Below the pieces are notes generated by a model. That model ran no database searches, was not told the origin of the DNA, and saw only the letters and a list, made by a program, of their open reading frames with translations. Positions 9,101 through 19,830 of a stretch of 64,000 bases of DNA are shown here, one piece after another. This DNA comes from Microcoleus sp. (GTDB lineage: Bacteria; Cyanobacteriota; Cyanobacteriia; Cyanobacteriales; Microcoleaceae), in assembly GCA_052279835.1 (NCBI GenBank), contig CP181291.1, positions 2,944,001-3,008,000 of the forward strand, in the 5' to 3' direction. The first letter of the stretch is position 1. Each line of letters starts with the position of its first letter. A program made the translations under genes and the position numbers.

Positions 9101-10914
9101 AAAAGCTTGAAAACGTCACCCGAACAGATGGACGGCGAATGCAGATTACAGACGACCTCAATAAATTACTCGACATCGTGCCAGATGACATCCGGCAACC
9201 CCTAGAACAGCACCCGCAACGTAACAATCTGATTGAGATTGTGATGGATTTGGGGCGCCTTCCCGAAGCTCGTTTTCCATCCAAGGCCGAACACCTTTCC
9301 CAGAAGCCGATTTCCAAGGCAGACCTGAATTACTGCATTGAGCGAGTCGGTCATTTCGGTGGGGACAACCGAGCCGGCATCGAGCAAACCCTGCACCGGA
9401 TCAGCGCCCTTCGCAACCGCAGCGGTGAGATTATTGGCTTGACTTTGAGGGTTGGCCGTGCTGTGTTTGGGACGATCAAGATTATCCGGGATTTGGTGGA
9501 AACCGGCCAATCGATTCTGATGCTCGGCCGCCCCGGAGTCGGCAAAACAACGGCGCTGCGGGAAATTGCCCGCGTGTTAGCCGATGATTTGGAAAAACGA
9601 GTGGTGATTATTGATACCTCCAATGAAATTGCTGGAGATGGAGATATTCCTCACCCAGCGATCGGCAGAGCTCGCAGAATGCAAGTTTCCCGTCCCGAAC
9701 TCCAGCACCAAGTCATGATCGAAGCAGTGGAAAACCATATGCCCGAAGTGATCGTGATTGACGAAATCGGCACGGAATTGGAAGCTTTGGCAGCCCGCAC
9801 CATCGCCGAAAGGGGCGTGCAGTTAGTCGGTACCGCCCACGGGAACCGGATCGAAAACTTGATGAAAAACCCGACTCTAGCTGATTTAATTGGCGGCATT
9901 CAAGCGGTGACGCTGGGAGATGATGAGGCTAGGCGTCGCGGTTCTCAAAAGACGGTTTTGGAGCGCAAAGCACCCCCAACTTTTGCCATTGCCATCGAAA
10001 TGCTCGAACGCCAGAAGTGGGTGGTACATGAGCAAGTTGCAGATGCCATAGACACTCTACTACGGGGAAAACAACCGAACCAACAAATCAGAAGCATCAG
10101 CGAGACTGGAGAAGTCATCATCGCTCACGAAGCAGGCACTCCTCCCGCCCGGTTTCCGGGGAACTCAGGTACTGCGTCGTCGTCATCGTCAGCTTCGGTA
10201 TCGGCAATCCGGCCCGTCACCCCCCTATCCGGGTGGCGCAGTGCTGGGAAAATGGTACCCATGCCCCCACCCGCTGACAAATTCCCAGCCAACAGTGCCC
10301 CAGTTTCTGAAACTAGATATTTTGAGCAACTCCTGGAAGAGTCCTTGTCAGTGGAACCAGTGGCTAAGCCCGGACGCTTTTCTCAAAATGTCGGGCCCAA
10401 TGGGGAAGATTTGCCACTCCACGTTTATCCTTATGGCATAGCTCGCCATCACCTCGAGCAGGTAATTTCGACTTTGAATCTGCCTGTGGTGCTGACTAAG
10501 GATATTGACACTGCTGACGTGGTTTTAGCTTTGCGCTCTAATGTTCGGAACCAGTCGAAACTGCGTCATTTGGCCAAAACTCGCCAAGTGCCTCTGCACA
10601 CCATTAAGGCTAGCACTCTGCCTCACGTAGCCAGAGCTTTGCGACGCTTGTTGGACATGGAGGACCCCGCAACCCCCGAAATCGCTGACCTCAGCTTATT
10701 TGCCCGCAGCGGTTCTTCTGACGAACTCGAAGCTCTGGAAGAAACTCGCTTAGCTGTGGAGCAAATTGTGATTCCCAAGGGACAGCCTGTGGAACTCTTA
10801 CCCCGTTCTCCTAATGTTCGCAAAATGCAGCATGAACTTGTGGAACACTATCACCTAAAATCCGACAGTTTTGGTGAAGAACCGAATCGCCGCCTGCGGA
10901 TATATCCAGCTTAA
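9094..10914 (+). CDS. Ycf45-like AAA ATPase (SpoIIIAA-like) with C-terminal R3H domain; alternative start 9139
   Basis: Walker [30 protein letters not shown]3H motif RKMQH...SFGEEPNRR. Confidence 0.9.
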   Translation: MTKKLENVTRTDGRRMQITDDLNKLLDIVPDDIRQPLEQHPQRNNLIEIVMDLGRLPEARFPSKAEHLSQKPISKADLNYCIERVGHFGGDNRAGIEQTLHRISALRNRSGEIIGLTLRVGRAVFGTIKIIRDLVETGQSILMLGRPGVGKTTALREIARVLADDLEKRVVIIDTSNEIAGDGDIPHPAIGRARRMQVSRPELQHQVMIEAVENHMPEVIVIDEIGTELEALAARTIAERGVQLVGTAHGNRIENLMKNPTLADLIGGIQAVTLGDDEARRRGSQKTVLERKAPPTFAIAIEMLERQKWVVHEQVADAIDTLLRGKQPNQQIRSISETGEVIIAHEAGTPPARFPGNSGTASSSSSASVSAIRPVTPLSGWRSAGKMVPMPPPADKFPANSAPVSETRYFEQLLEESLSVEPVAKPGRFSQNVGPNGEDLPLHVYPYGIARHHLEQVISTLNLPVVLTKDIDTADVVLALRSNVRNQSKLRHLAKTRQVPLHTIKASTLPHVARALRRLLDMEDPATPEIADLSLFARSGSSDELEALEETRLAVEQIVIPKGQPVELLPRSPNVRKMQHELVEHYHLKSDSFGEEPNRRLRIYPA

Positions 10915-10939
10915 AGTTGGGAATTGAGGCGGTTGCACG

Positions 10940-10981
10940 CAAAAGGCAGAAGGCAGAATTTTTTCTGTTTTCTGCCTTTTG
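10940..10981 (+). terminator. Probable intrinsic terminator
   Basis: CAAAAGGCAGAAGGCAGAA...TTCTGTTTTCTGCCTTTTG hairpin just after the stop codon. Confidence 0.6.
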
Positions 10982-11205
10982 CCTTTGAGCTGCTGACTAT
11001 TTTAGTCCTGGACGCGCAGATCAGGTAATTCTGTCCGGTTCAGCCTAAATTTAGATTACAATGCATCCAGGAGACAATTTTCTGATATGATGTTCTCGGT
11101 ATAGCTTTTTTCAGGGCGATCGGCTAAAATACCCATAAAAAATAAGAACTAACAAATAAGCATCACTAATTCACACAAATTTTAGAATAAATCTACATAT
11201 TTAAT

Positions 11206-12870
11206 ATGAATGATTCACTAATTCAACTATTTATTCAATTAATTAGTTCTCAAATTGGCTTACAAATTCGGTCCAAAGACCGACCTAATTTGTGTCAAAA
11301 AATTGTGGACAGAATGCAAGTGTTAAAAATACAAAAACCCGAAAAATATTATCAAATATTAAATGAGAAAAGCTTTGAAAGTCAAAACGAATGGCGCGAG
11401 TTAGTATTGCTGTTGACAACGGTAGAAAGTTATTTCATGCGCGATCGGGGACAATTTGATTTATTGAAAAGAGTGATTTTACCTAAATTAATAGCTCAGA
11501 AAATAAAATTGCAAAATACCTTGGGAATTCAGCCAACACTCCGACTCTGGAGTGCGGGCTGTTCCACTGGCGAAGAACCTTATTCTTTAGCTATTTTATT
11601 AAAACAATTGATTAGTGATTGGCCTCAATGGAAAATATTAATTTTAGGGACTGATATAAATGAAAAAGTAATCGAAAAAGCCCAACAGGGAGTATACAGC
11701 CCTTGGTCGTTTCGCTTGGTTGACCCCCAAGTACAAAAGCAGTATTTTAATCAGCGACAAATTGAATGGGAAATAAGTCGAGAATTGCGCCAAAGTGTAA
11801 ATTTTAGCTGTGTAAATTTAATCGCCGACGACTTTCCTAATATTTACAAAAATATTTATAATATTGATTTAATTGTGTGTAGAAACGTTTTTGTTTATTT
11901 TGAGCATCAGTATATTTCACTGGTACTGAAAAAATTTGCCAAGACTCTGAGACCGGGAGGATATTTAATGACCGGCCACGCTGAAGTGCACGGTCAAATT
12001 ATGAACGAGTTTCTACCCAAGGTTTTCCCGGAGTCCATTGTTTATCAGCGTCGAGATCAATTACTGGGAGAAGGCTCTCAAAATGAATCTTGGAACTTAC
12101 AACAACTCAAGTCATCCCTTGAGAAATCAGAAAATTCTGGATTCGTTGACGATCGCAATTTCCTAGGACGAGCAACCAAATCAGCTAGTTTTGCTCAGGG
12201 GCCTTTTGCAGAAATCACTCCCCTATTAACAGAATCTAGCCCCCTAGGAAAAATGCTGAGAAATCGCTATTTAGTCGGAGATTTAACCGAAAAAAAAGGT
12301 ACTAAAGCCCCCAATAACGCATTGAATCAATCCCAGGAAAAAACCTCTTCAGTATTGATTGAAGAAGCTAAGAAAAACTTTAAAAATAAAGCTTATGCAG
12401 CAGCAATTGCCCAAGCAAAACAATCTCTGAAAATGCAGCCCTATAATTTTGATGCCGATTATTTATTAGCTCAAATTTATGCAAATTTAGGTAAGTATTC
12501 TCAGGCGATCGAACACTGTCAACGAGCTAGTAAAGTTGATGCAATGTCGGTGTTTCCCTATTATTTACAAGCTCAAATTGCCGAAGAACAGGGAAAATTA
12601 GAAACAGCTAAGCAGTTCCTTAAGAGGATAATTTATCTGTGTCCATCTTTTATTTCAGCTTATTTAGATCTGGGCAATATATACCATAAAGAAGGCCAGA
12701 TAACAAGAGCTATGAAAATGTATAATTCATCCTGTGAAATTCTCGGAAAATTACCGCCCAATACTCCGATAGAGCAGCAGGGTAAAATGACGGCGAGCCA
12801 AGTTTTGTTAGAACTTAAAAAAAAATTGGTAAGATTATACAGTAAACAAAATTTATGCACAGGTAGCTAA
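11206..12870 (+). CDS. cheR: CheR-type methyltransferase with C-terminal TPRs (WspC/FrzF-like)
   Basis: WSAGCSTGEEPYSLA, GTDIN, IVCRNVFVYF, LRPGGYLMTGHAE; TPR repeats after aa ~385. Confidence 0.92.
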   Translation: MNDSLIQLFIQLISSQIGLQIRSKDRPNLCQKIVDRMQVLKIQKPEKYYQILNEKSFESQNEWRELVLLLTTVESYFMRDRGQFDLLKRVILPKLIAQKIKLQNTLGIQPTLRLWSAGCSTGEEPYSLAILLKQLISDWPQWKILILGTDINEKVIEKAQQGVYSPWSFRLVDPQVQKQYFNQRQIEWEISRELRQSVNFSCVNLIADDFPNIYKNIYNIDLIVCRNVFVYFEHQYISLVLKKFAKTLRPGGYLMTGHAEVHGQIMNEFLPKVFPESIVYQRRDQLLGEGSQNESWNLQQLKSSLEKSENSGFVDDRNFLGRATKSASFAQGPFAEITPLLTESSPLGKMLRNRYLVGDLTEKKGTKAPNNALNQSQEKTSSVLIEEAKKNFKNKAYAAAIAQAKQSLKMQPYNFDADYLLAQIYANLGKYSQAIEHCQRASKVDAMSVFPYYLQAQIAEEQGKLETAKQFLKRIIYLCPSFISAYLDLGNIYHKEGQITRAMKMYNSSCEILGKLPPNTPIEQQGKMTASQVLLELKKKLVRLYSKQNLCTGS

Positions 12871-12985
12871 CAACTTGGTTTCTCTATAAACCAGTGATAG
12901 CCTAATATCTAGTCCCATGGAATATTTATAATGCTCGATCCCTTCCCTTGGCTGTTCCCTATACCTTTGTCCCAAATAGTTCAAT

Positions 12986-14116
12986 ATGGAAACTAAACCG
13001 TATCTTATTTTTGAACAGAACGGTTTTCTCTACGGTGTAGAAGCCTGCTGCGTTCAAGAAATTTTCTTTCTGCCGGAGTTGACGCCAATTGCAGAAGCGC
13101 CTCAAGATATTGTTGGGGCGATCGACCTTCGGGGTGAAATTCTGCCTGTGATGGATCTGAATCTCCGTTTTGGATACGTTTGGCAGGAGTATACTGTGAC
13201 AGATAGTGCGATCGTCATAGAGTGGCAAGAATGGAAAGTCGGTATCATTGTCAATCAAGTTCGGGAAGTTAAAGAAATCTCAGAACATACCACCACTCCC
13301 CAGCTATCTTATGGGCGAGACGAAGGCGTCGCCTCCCATCATTTTGTCGCTGGATTTGCCCGCTGCGAAGCTGATATTATCATGCTACTTAATCTCGATC
13401 GCCTAATTCGATATTCTGCTGAAAAAACAGAGGAAAGCTTACCTATTTCTGTCAGCGATGCAGGTGGTGAAGAAACAGCACCAGAGACAGAAACAGAAAA
13501 TCTACCCTGGTATCTCAAAGCCAAATTGTTGAGTGAAAATGCGAAAATTTTAAGCAAGCATCAGATTTTTTGCCCCCAAGCTACGCCGGAAGAAAGAGCA
13601 ATTTTTCAATCGCGGGCTGACAATTTAAGGCGACAAGGCGAGGGGGATAATTCTGCCGCAATTAATATATCCGTCGCCGTATTTACTTTGAATGGTGAAT
13701 ACTTTGGTATGGATCTAGATGTAGTCCGCGAATTTACTGACATTCGCCAACTAACCCCAATTCCTTGCACTCCCGATCGCATAATTGGCAATATGAATTT
13801 ACGGGGAGAAATTTTAACCATACTGGATATTCGCAATGTTTTAAATATTTCTTTAAATATGCCTAGTACCACCAATTATCAATCTCAGGCGATCGTTGTG
13901 CAAGTGGCAAATTTAGTAGCTGGTATAGTTGTGGACGAAATCTTAGATATTGTATATTTAAGCGTCTCAGAAATTGCCAATGTTCCTGCGGCACTGCATT
14001 CAGCTAACCGCGAATATCTACGAGGCACAGCTCTTTACGGAGGAAAAATGATGGCGATTCTGAATTTGGAAAAACTGCTCACCAAAGGAGGAGTCCTTGT
14101 TGATGAAGAAGTTTGA
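12986..14116 (+). CDS. cheW: Tandem (double-domain) CheW adaptor
   Basis: Two CheW domains (GAIDLRGEILPVMDL; GNMNLRGEILTILDI). Confidence 0.9.
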   Translation: METKPYLIFEQNGFLYGVEACCVQEIFFLPELTPIAEAPQDIVGAIDLRGEILPVMDLNLRFGYVWQEYTVTDSAIVIEWQEWKVGIIVNQVREVKEISEHTTTPQLSYGRDEGVASHHFVAGFARCEADIIMLLNLDRLIRYSAEKTEESLPISVSDAGGEETAPETETENLPWYLKAKLLSENAKILSKHQIFCPQATPEERAIFQSRADNLRRQGEGDNSAAINISVAVFTLNGEYFGMDLDVVREFTDIRQLTPIPCTPDRIIGNMNLRGEILTILDIRNVLNISLNMPSTTNYQSQAIVVQVANLVAGIVVDEILDIVYLSVSEIANVPAALHSANREYLRGTALYGGKMMAILNLEKLLTKGGVLVDEEV

Positions 14117-14300
14117 ATCAAAAAAACATACCAAATCAGTTTTAAAAACGATATTTGACTAAAGAAGATAATTTGGTGTTATAAATATTGATGATGACTT
14201 ACGGAAAACCTCTGTTCAAGCGTGTAATCGCGGAGCATCCTCCACTATAGCGCCGTCAGTATTGATACTATGTAAGTGCTGTTAAATTTCGGAGAAAAAT

Positions 14301-15761
14301 ATGTTTGCTATCTTAAAAAAGTTAAATATTAGAAATAAAATGCTGATTGCCTACGTAGCACCCGCAGCGATATACTTAGGTTTACCCATCCTAGTTTATC
14401 AAACGACAACTCAGGTATTGAACAGTTCTAAAGAAGTAGAAAGAATAGAAAATGTCATCGGACTAACCAACAATATTTCAGTAGGAACTGAGCAAATGGT
14501 ACGGGGATTACGCGGGTATTTAATCAATCAAGACCCGCAGTTTTTAAATGATTTTAAAAGCGGTGCAGAATTAGCTCGTCAGTCTGCCAATAACGTGGAG
14601 CCAATAATTAAAAATCTTCAACAGAGAACTCGTGTACAGAAGATGCTAAGTCTCACCAACGATTATTATAATAATTCTAACGAAATAGTTAATTTATTGC
14701 AAGCCAACAAAAAAAATGAAGCCCTCGCAATATTTAATACGGGAAAACACACAAAAATTGTGAATGATTTTGTACAAACCCATCGAGATTTTAGGGAATT
14801 AGAATCAGATTTAATTAAAAAAGAAACACAAAAGACGAAGGACTCTTTGATATTTTTAATATCAGTATTGGTAGTTGGTTGTGCGTTTTTAGTCCTGTTA
14901 GGTGCGGTGATAGCTTGGCTGGTTTCGTCAGGAATTGCCCGAACTATCGATCGCGCAATTAGCTCGATCGCCATTTCTTCCAGCGAGATTGCAGCCACCG
15001 TCGAAGAACAGGAACGCATGGCCAGTCAACAAGCAGCTTCAGTCAATCAAACTACGACTACAATGGACGAACTGGGCGCGTCTTCCAGGGCGACAGCACA
15101 GCAGGTAGAAACAGCAGCGATGCAAGCAATGCAAGCTTTAAATTTAGCTGGAGGTGGCACAAAAGCTGTAGAACAAACTTTAGAAGCCATGGCAACTCTC
15201 AAAACCAAAGTCGAGGATATGCAAGGACAAATTATGCAATTGAGCGAACAAACCGATCGCATTGGTAATATTTCAACTTTAGTTAGCGATTTGGCTAATC
15301 AGACTAATATGTTAGCACTCAATGCCGCGGTGGAAGCTGTGCGGGCGGGGGACAATGGCAAAGGGTTTGGTGTTGTGGCGTCAGAAATTCGCAAACTGGC
15401 CGAGCGCAGTAAAAAATCAGCAGCACAAATTAACCTATTAGTTGCCGATATTCAAAGAGCGATTAATTCCACAGTAATGGTCACAGAAGAAGGGACTAAA
15501 ACAGTAGAATTTGGCGTGAATATTGCCTCAGAAACCGCCGCTGCATTCGCCGGGGTTGCCAATGCAATTAACAATGTAGTCATGAGTTCTCAGCAGATTT
15601 CATTGAATGCCAAACAACAAGCGATCGCGATCGAACAAGTGGTGGAAGCTATGAACTCCCTGAATCAAGCCGCAGCTCAAACAGCTTGCGGTATCAGTCA
15701 AACTAAAATCGGGACCCAAAAATTGAATGAAGCAGCCTTAGACTTGAAAGCAGTCGTGTAA
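14301..15761 (+). CDS. Methyl-accepting chemotaxis protein with CHASE3-like periplasmic domain
   Basis: TM-sensor([14 protein letters not shown])-TM; signalling hairpin [34 protein letters not shown]. Confidence 0.92.
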   Translation: MFAILKKLNIRNKMLIAYVAPAAIYLGLPILVYQTTTQVLNSSKEVERIENVIGLTNNISVGTEQMVRGLRGYLINQDPQFLNDFKSGAELARQSANNVEPIIKNLQQRTRVQKMLSLTNDYYNNSNEIVNLLQANKKNEALAIFNTGKHTKIVNDFVQTHRDFRELESDLIKKETQKTKDSLIFLISVLVVGCAFLVLLGAVIAWLVSSGIARTIDRAISSIAISSSEIAATVEEQERMASQQAASVNQTTTTMDELGASSRATAQQVETAAMQAMQALNLAGGGTKAVEQTLEAMATLKTKVEDMQGQIMQLSEQTDRIGNISTLVSDLANQTNMLALNAAVEAVRAGDNGKGFGVVASEIRKLAERSKKSAAQINLLVADIQRAINSTVMVTEEGTKTVEFGVNIASETAAAFAGVANAINNVVMSSQQISLNAKQQAIAIEQVVEAMNSLNQAAAQTACGISQTKIGTQKLNEAALDLKAVV

Positions 15762-15846
15762 GATATTTCTAATTTATGGACTAATAACCTAATTATTTCA
15801 TTCCTAAGAACTCCCACCCTTGCCCCACCCTGACAATGTGTAAGTC

Positions 15847-17679
15847 ATGATATTTTTTAATTATGAGAAATTCAAAAAAATGCCAAACATATCCTTAAGA
15901 ATTAAAGCGATTGCATTTGCTCTCGCCCTCGGTACACTTCCAGCTATCTTAACGGGAGCCATAACTTTTTTCTTTGCGAATCAAAACCTAAATACTTATG
16001 TAATTAAATATCAAGAGTCACGAGCCGTCGCCATAGCCCATGATGTCAGTAATTTGGTTTTTGAAAGGTACTTAGATGTTCAGGAGCTAGCTCATTTAAG
16101 TATACTGAACGATCCCAGAGTCAGCGAAACTACTTCCAAGACCCAAAAACAAGCTCTGTTAGATAAATATGTAAAACAAGGGGAAGGTTACGACAGCATC
16201 GCCATCGCCGATCTGCTGGGAAATACTATTTTACAATCCAGTGGAGAGCCAATTATAGATTTGGGTAAACGCGATTATTTCCAGGAAGTAGTTAAAACTA
16301 ATCTGCCGACGCTCGTGCAACCGAGAGAATCATTTATCACTGGCAAATACTCTATTTTTGCTGCGGCTCCTATAGTCGAAATTAACACGGGTCAAACTAT
16401 CGGAGTTCTGAGAACTCGCACGCCTATAAAATACTTAGAACAGGCTTTTCAAGAAAACAAAGAAAAATTAATCAGAGACTCCGAAGGACTAGAAGCAGAT
16501 GAATATCATTTAATTGATGCCAATGGCAAGTTTTTTTCTGCAACAGAAATCGAACATCTGGGCAGAGATGCACGTTCAGACTATAGTGTTTTTGCGACAA
16601 TGCAGGCCGCCAATAAAATCAACAGTCTCATCGATGACGATGAGATTGGCGGAGGACAACAACTGCTGACCTATGCTCCTATTGAAATTGAAAAATCAAA
16701 CAAGATGCCGAAATTGGGTTGGAGTGTCTTAATTGCCAACGATACAGACAACGTATTTGCTCCGCAAAAGAAATTGCTATTTGCTCTGATAGCAGGAGTT
16801 GGACTGACTGCTGCTGTTGTCAGCGCCATGGCAACTTTTGTTGCTAGTCGAACCACAAAATCGGTGAATAAAATTGTGCGGACGATCGCCTATTCTTCCT
16901 CACAGATTGCTGTCACCATCGAACAACAAGAACGTATCGCCAGTCAACAACTATATGCTGTGGAGCGAACTGTTAGTACAATGGATGAATTGGGTGAATC
17001 AAGCAGGGCTTGTGCTTCCCAAGCAGAAGCCGCTGCTCTGGGAGCCAAACAAGCTCTCGCGCTCACCACCGGAGGTAGTCAAGCAGTACAGAATACCCTC
17101 AAAGAAATGGCAATTTTGAAACAAAATGTTGCAGCAATTGAAAACCAAATTTTGCTTTTGAGCGAACAAACGAGTCGCATTGGTAATATCTCTAGTTTAG
17201 TTAGCGATTTAGCCAATCAAACAAATATGTTAGCGATTAATGCTGCCATCGAAGCCTGGAGGGCTGGCGAAAGTGGCAAAGGATTTGCAGTTGTTGCTAC
17301 AGAAATTCGGCAATTGGCAGATTTAAGCAAGGAATCTGCGAGCAAAATTAATGCTTTAGTTGCAGACATTCAGACATCAATTAGTTCGACAACAATGGTG
17401 ACGGATGATGGAGCAAAAACCGTGGATAGTGGAGTGAAAATTGCCCGAAAGACTGCCGACGCATTTGCTGGTGTAGCACAGGCGATCGATCGCATTGTTT
17501 TAAATAGTCAACAAATCTCTTTTACTGCGAAAGACCAGGCGATCGCCATTCAGGATGTAGTTCATGCCGTTAATTCTCTTAACCTCGCCGCCCAGGAAAA
17601 TGCCACCGGCATTTCTCAAGTCAAACTCGGAATCGAACAGCTTAATAAAGCAGCCCAAAATCTCAAATCATCAGTGTAG
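15847..17679 (+). CDS. Methyl-accepting chemotaxis protein with Cache-like sensor
   Basis: TM-dCache-like ([20 protein letters not shown])-[29 protein letters not shown]. Confidence 0.92.
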   Translation: MIFFNYEKFKKMPNISLRIKAIAFALALGTLPAILTGAITFFFANQNLNTYVIKYQESRAVAIAHDVSNLVFERYLDVQELAHLSILNDPRVSETTSKTQKQALLDKYVKQGEGYDSIAIADLLGNTILQSSGEPIIDLGKRDYFQEVVKTNLPTLVQPRESFITGKYSIFAAAPIVEINTGQTIGVLRTRTPIKYLEQAFQENKEKLIRDSEGLEADEYHLIDANGKFFSATEIEHLGRDARSDYSVFATMQAANKINSLIDDDEIGGGQQLLTYAPIEIEKSNKMPKLGWSVLIANDTDNVFAPQKKLLFALIAGVGLTAAVVSAMATFVASRTTKSVNKIVRTIAYSSSQIAVTIEQQERIASQQLYAVERTVSTMDELGESSRACASQAEAAALGAKQALALTTGGSQAVQNTLKEMAILKQNVAAIENQILLLSEQTSRIGNISSLVSDLANQTNMLAINAAIEAWRAGESGKGFAVVATEIRQLADLSKESASKINALVADIQTSISSTTMVTDDGAKTVDSGVKIARKTADAFAGVAQAIDRIVLNSQQISFTAKDQAIAIQDVVHAVNSLNLAAQENATGISQVKLGIEQLNKAAQNLKSSV

Positions 17680-17756
17680 TCAATAGTTATTAGTTATTAG
17701 TTATTAGTCATTAGTTAGTAGTCATTAGTTATTAGTTATTAGTTATTAGTCATTAG
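17677..17756 (+). repeat. STRR heptamer array (TAGTTAT/TAGTCAT)
   Basis: About 11 tandem heptamers starting at the stop codon. Confidence 0.85.
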
Positions 17757-17857
17757 CGGTGCTCGTTCGCGTTTCCCCTGAGCGTATTCGAAGGGTCAGC
17801 AGTCAACATTCAACTGTCATTTACTACCAATTAGCAATTCCATCTTCCCAAATAGTA

Positions 17858-19741
17858 ATGCTTAAAAACATCTTCAAAAAAATCCAGTACCGACTGCTAA
17901 TCCTGCTAATTTTAAGTACCTTAATTCCAGTATTTATTGTTGGTTTATATGGGGTTTATTCCTCCACAGCAGCACTTAAATCTTTAGCATTACTAAGTTT
18001 GAATCAAACTGTTAAATCCAGCGGTGAGCGAATAATTAATAAATTAGAAAATTTTAGTTCTGATATTTTATTTATCGGCAAATCTCCCCCGGTTCAGGGG
18101 ATTATTAGAGCGAGGGAGGGAAATGGAGTAGACAGAGAAAGTAATTCAACTTATCAAAATTGGATCGATCGAATGGAAATAATATTTTCATCACTGATGG
18201 AAGTCAAGCCATATTATATGAAATTGCGTTACATAGACGAAAAAGGTAACGAACTTGTTCGTGTAGATTTTGATGGTAAAAACATTAAAATTATTCCCGA
18301 TAATCAATTACAAAATCAAGCAGGCAGAGATTACTTTTATTTGAGTATGAAACTAAAACCTGGAGAAATCTATGTCTCTCAATTTAATCTCAATCAAGAA
18401 TACGGCCAAATAGAAATTCCTTACAAACCAACAATTCGCTACGCCATTCCAATTTTTGATACCAAAGGACAAAGAAAAGGCATTTTGATTGCTAATGCTC
18501 TGGGTCAAAGTCTGATTGATATTGCTAAAGAACTCAATCATCAAGGTGCCGACCAAGTTTTTATGTTAAATCAAGATGGTTACTATATCCACCATTCAAA
18601 TCCTGACAAAGAATGGGGTTCGGAAATAAAAACAGATGAGAATTTGCACAAAGATTATTCAGAAGATATAGTTAATCACATACTTTCCGGTGGTCAAGGT
18701 AATGTCGAACTCAGCGATATAGTAGTTAGTTATTATACAATATTTCCCATCAAAGACAACAAGCAAAGATTTTTTGTAATTGTGCATCAGGCAAACAAAA
18801 GTTCCATATTTAATTCTATTTTAGGGTTCAAAATAATCGGAATCCTAGTTACTATACTATCCCTAGGGACTGTGCTGTCGTTAGGACTGTTAATACTACA
18901 CAAACTGGTGAAACTAATTCAGGGTTTGGTATACCAAATATCTTCATTTTCCCTAGAAATAGTATCTAATATGAATCAACAAGAACAAATAGTTGAACGG
19001 CAATTTATTTCAGTGAAAGAAAGCACTATAACTTTAGAAAATGTCGCCATATCTTCACACCAAACAGTAGAGCAAGCTGAGGCGGTTGCGACTGCTGCTC
19101 GCCAAGCTTTGAATCTCGCGGAACAAGGTACTGAAATGGTAGAGAAAACTCTCGATCAAATGCTACATCTTAGAGAAGCTGTGGTGGCAATTTCTCAGCA
19201 CAATTATCGACTCGATGACAGTACGAGTCAGATTGGAAATATTTCGAGTTTAGCAAGTTTGGTGAGCGATTTAGCTAGCCAAACAAATATTTTAGCTCTC
19301 AACGCAGCCGTCGAAGCAGTCAGAGCCGGCGAGTACGGTAAAGGTTTTGCAGTGGTAGCCAGCGAAATTCGTAAGTTAGCAGATGAAAGTCAACAAGCAG
19401 CGCAAAAGATTAATGGTATTATTCCAGAAATTAAGAGCGCGATCGCCTCGACGGTGAAAGCCACGGAAGATGGCAAAAAAACCGCAGCAGCAGGGGTGAA
19501 AACAGCACGAGATACCGCAGAAGCTTTTACGGGTGTCAGGGAAGCTTGCAATCTCGTGTTTACGAGCAACCAGCAAATTTCTTTTAATATTAAACAACAG
19601 GCGATCGCGATTCAGCAAGTAGGTGATACCATGAATGCTCTCAATCAAGCAGCATCTCAAACAGTAACTGGGATTACTCAAGTCAAAATGGGTACTCAAA
19701 AACTTAATGCAGCTGCATTAAATCTGAAGTCTGTAGTATAG
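17858..19741 (+). CDS. Methyl-accepting chemotaxis protein with Cache-like sensor
   Basis: Likely ATG start at 17858 (MLKNIFKK); sensor with [42 protein letters not shown]. Confidence 0.9.
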   Translation: MLKNIFKKIQYRLLILLILSTLIPVFIVGLYGVYSSTAALKSLALLSLNQTVKSSGERIINKLENFSSDILFIGKSPPVQGIIRAREGNGVDRESNSTYQNWIDRMEIIFSSLMEVKPYYMKLRYIDEKGNELVRVDFDGKNIKIIPDNQLQNQAGRDYFYLSMKLKPGEIYVSQFNLNQEYGQIEIPYKPTIRYAIPIFDTKGQRKGILIANALGQSLIDIAKELNHQGADQVFMLNQDGYYIHHSNPDKEWGSEIKTDENLHKDYSEDIVNHILSGGQGNVELSDIVVSYYTIFPIKDNKQRFFVIVHQANKSSIFNSILGFKIIGILVTILSLGTVLSLGLLILHKLVKLIQGLVYQISSFSLEIVSNMNQQEQIVERQFISVKESTITLENVAISSHQTVEQAEAVATAARQALNLAEQGTEMVEKTLDQMLHLREAVVAISQHNYRLDDSTSQIGNISSLASLVSDLASQTNILALNAAVEAVRAGEYGKGFAVVASEIRKLADESQQAAQKINGIIPEIKSAIASTVKATEDGKKTAAAGVKTARDTAEAFTGVREACNLVFTSNQQISFNIKQQAIAIQQVGDTMNALNQAASQTVTGITQVKMGTQKLNAAALNLKSVV

Positions 19742-19757
19742 TCAATTGTCAGTTGTA

Positions 19758-19818
19758 AATTCCCAATTACCAATTTCCAATTCCCAATTACCAACTCCCA
19801 ATTCCCAATTCCCAATTC
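19758..19818 (+). repeat. STRR heptamer array (AATTCCC/AATTACC)
   Basis: About 8 tandem heptamers. Confidence 0.8.
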
Positions 19819-19830
19819 TTAAAAATAGCT

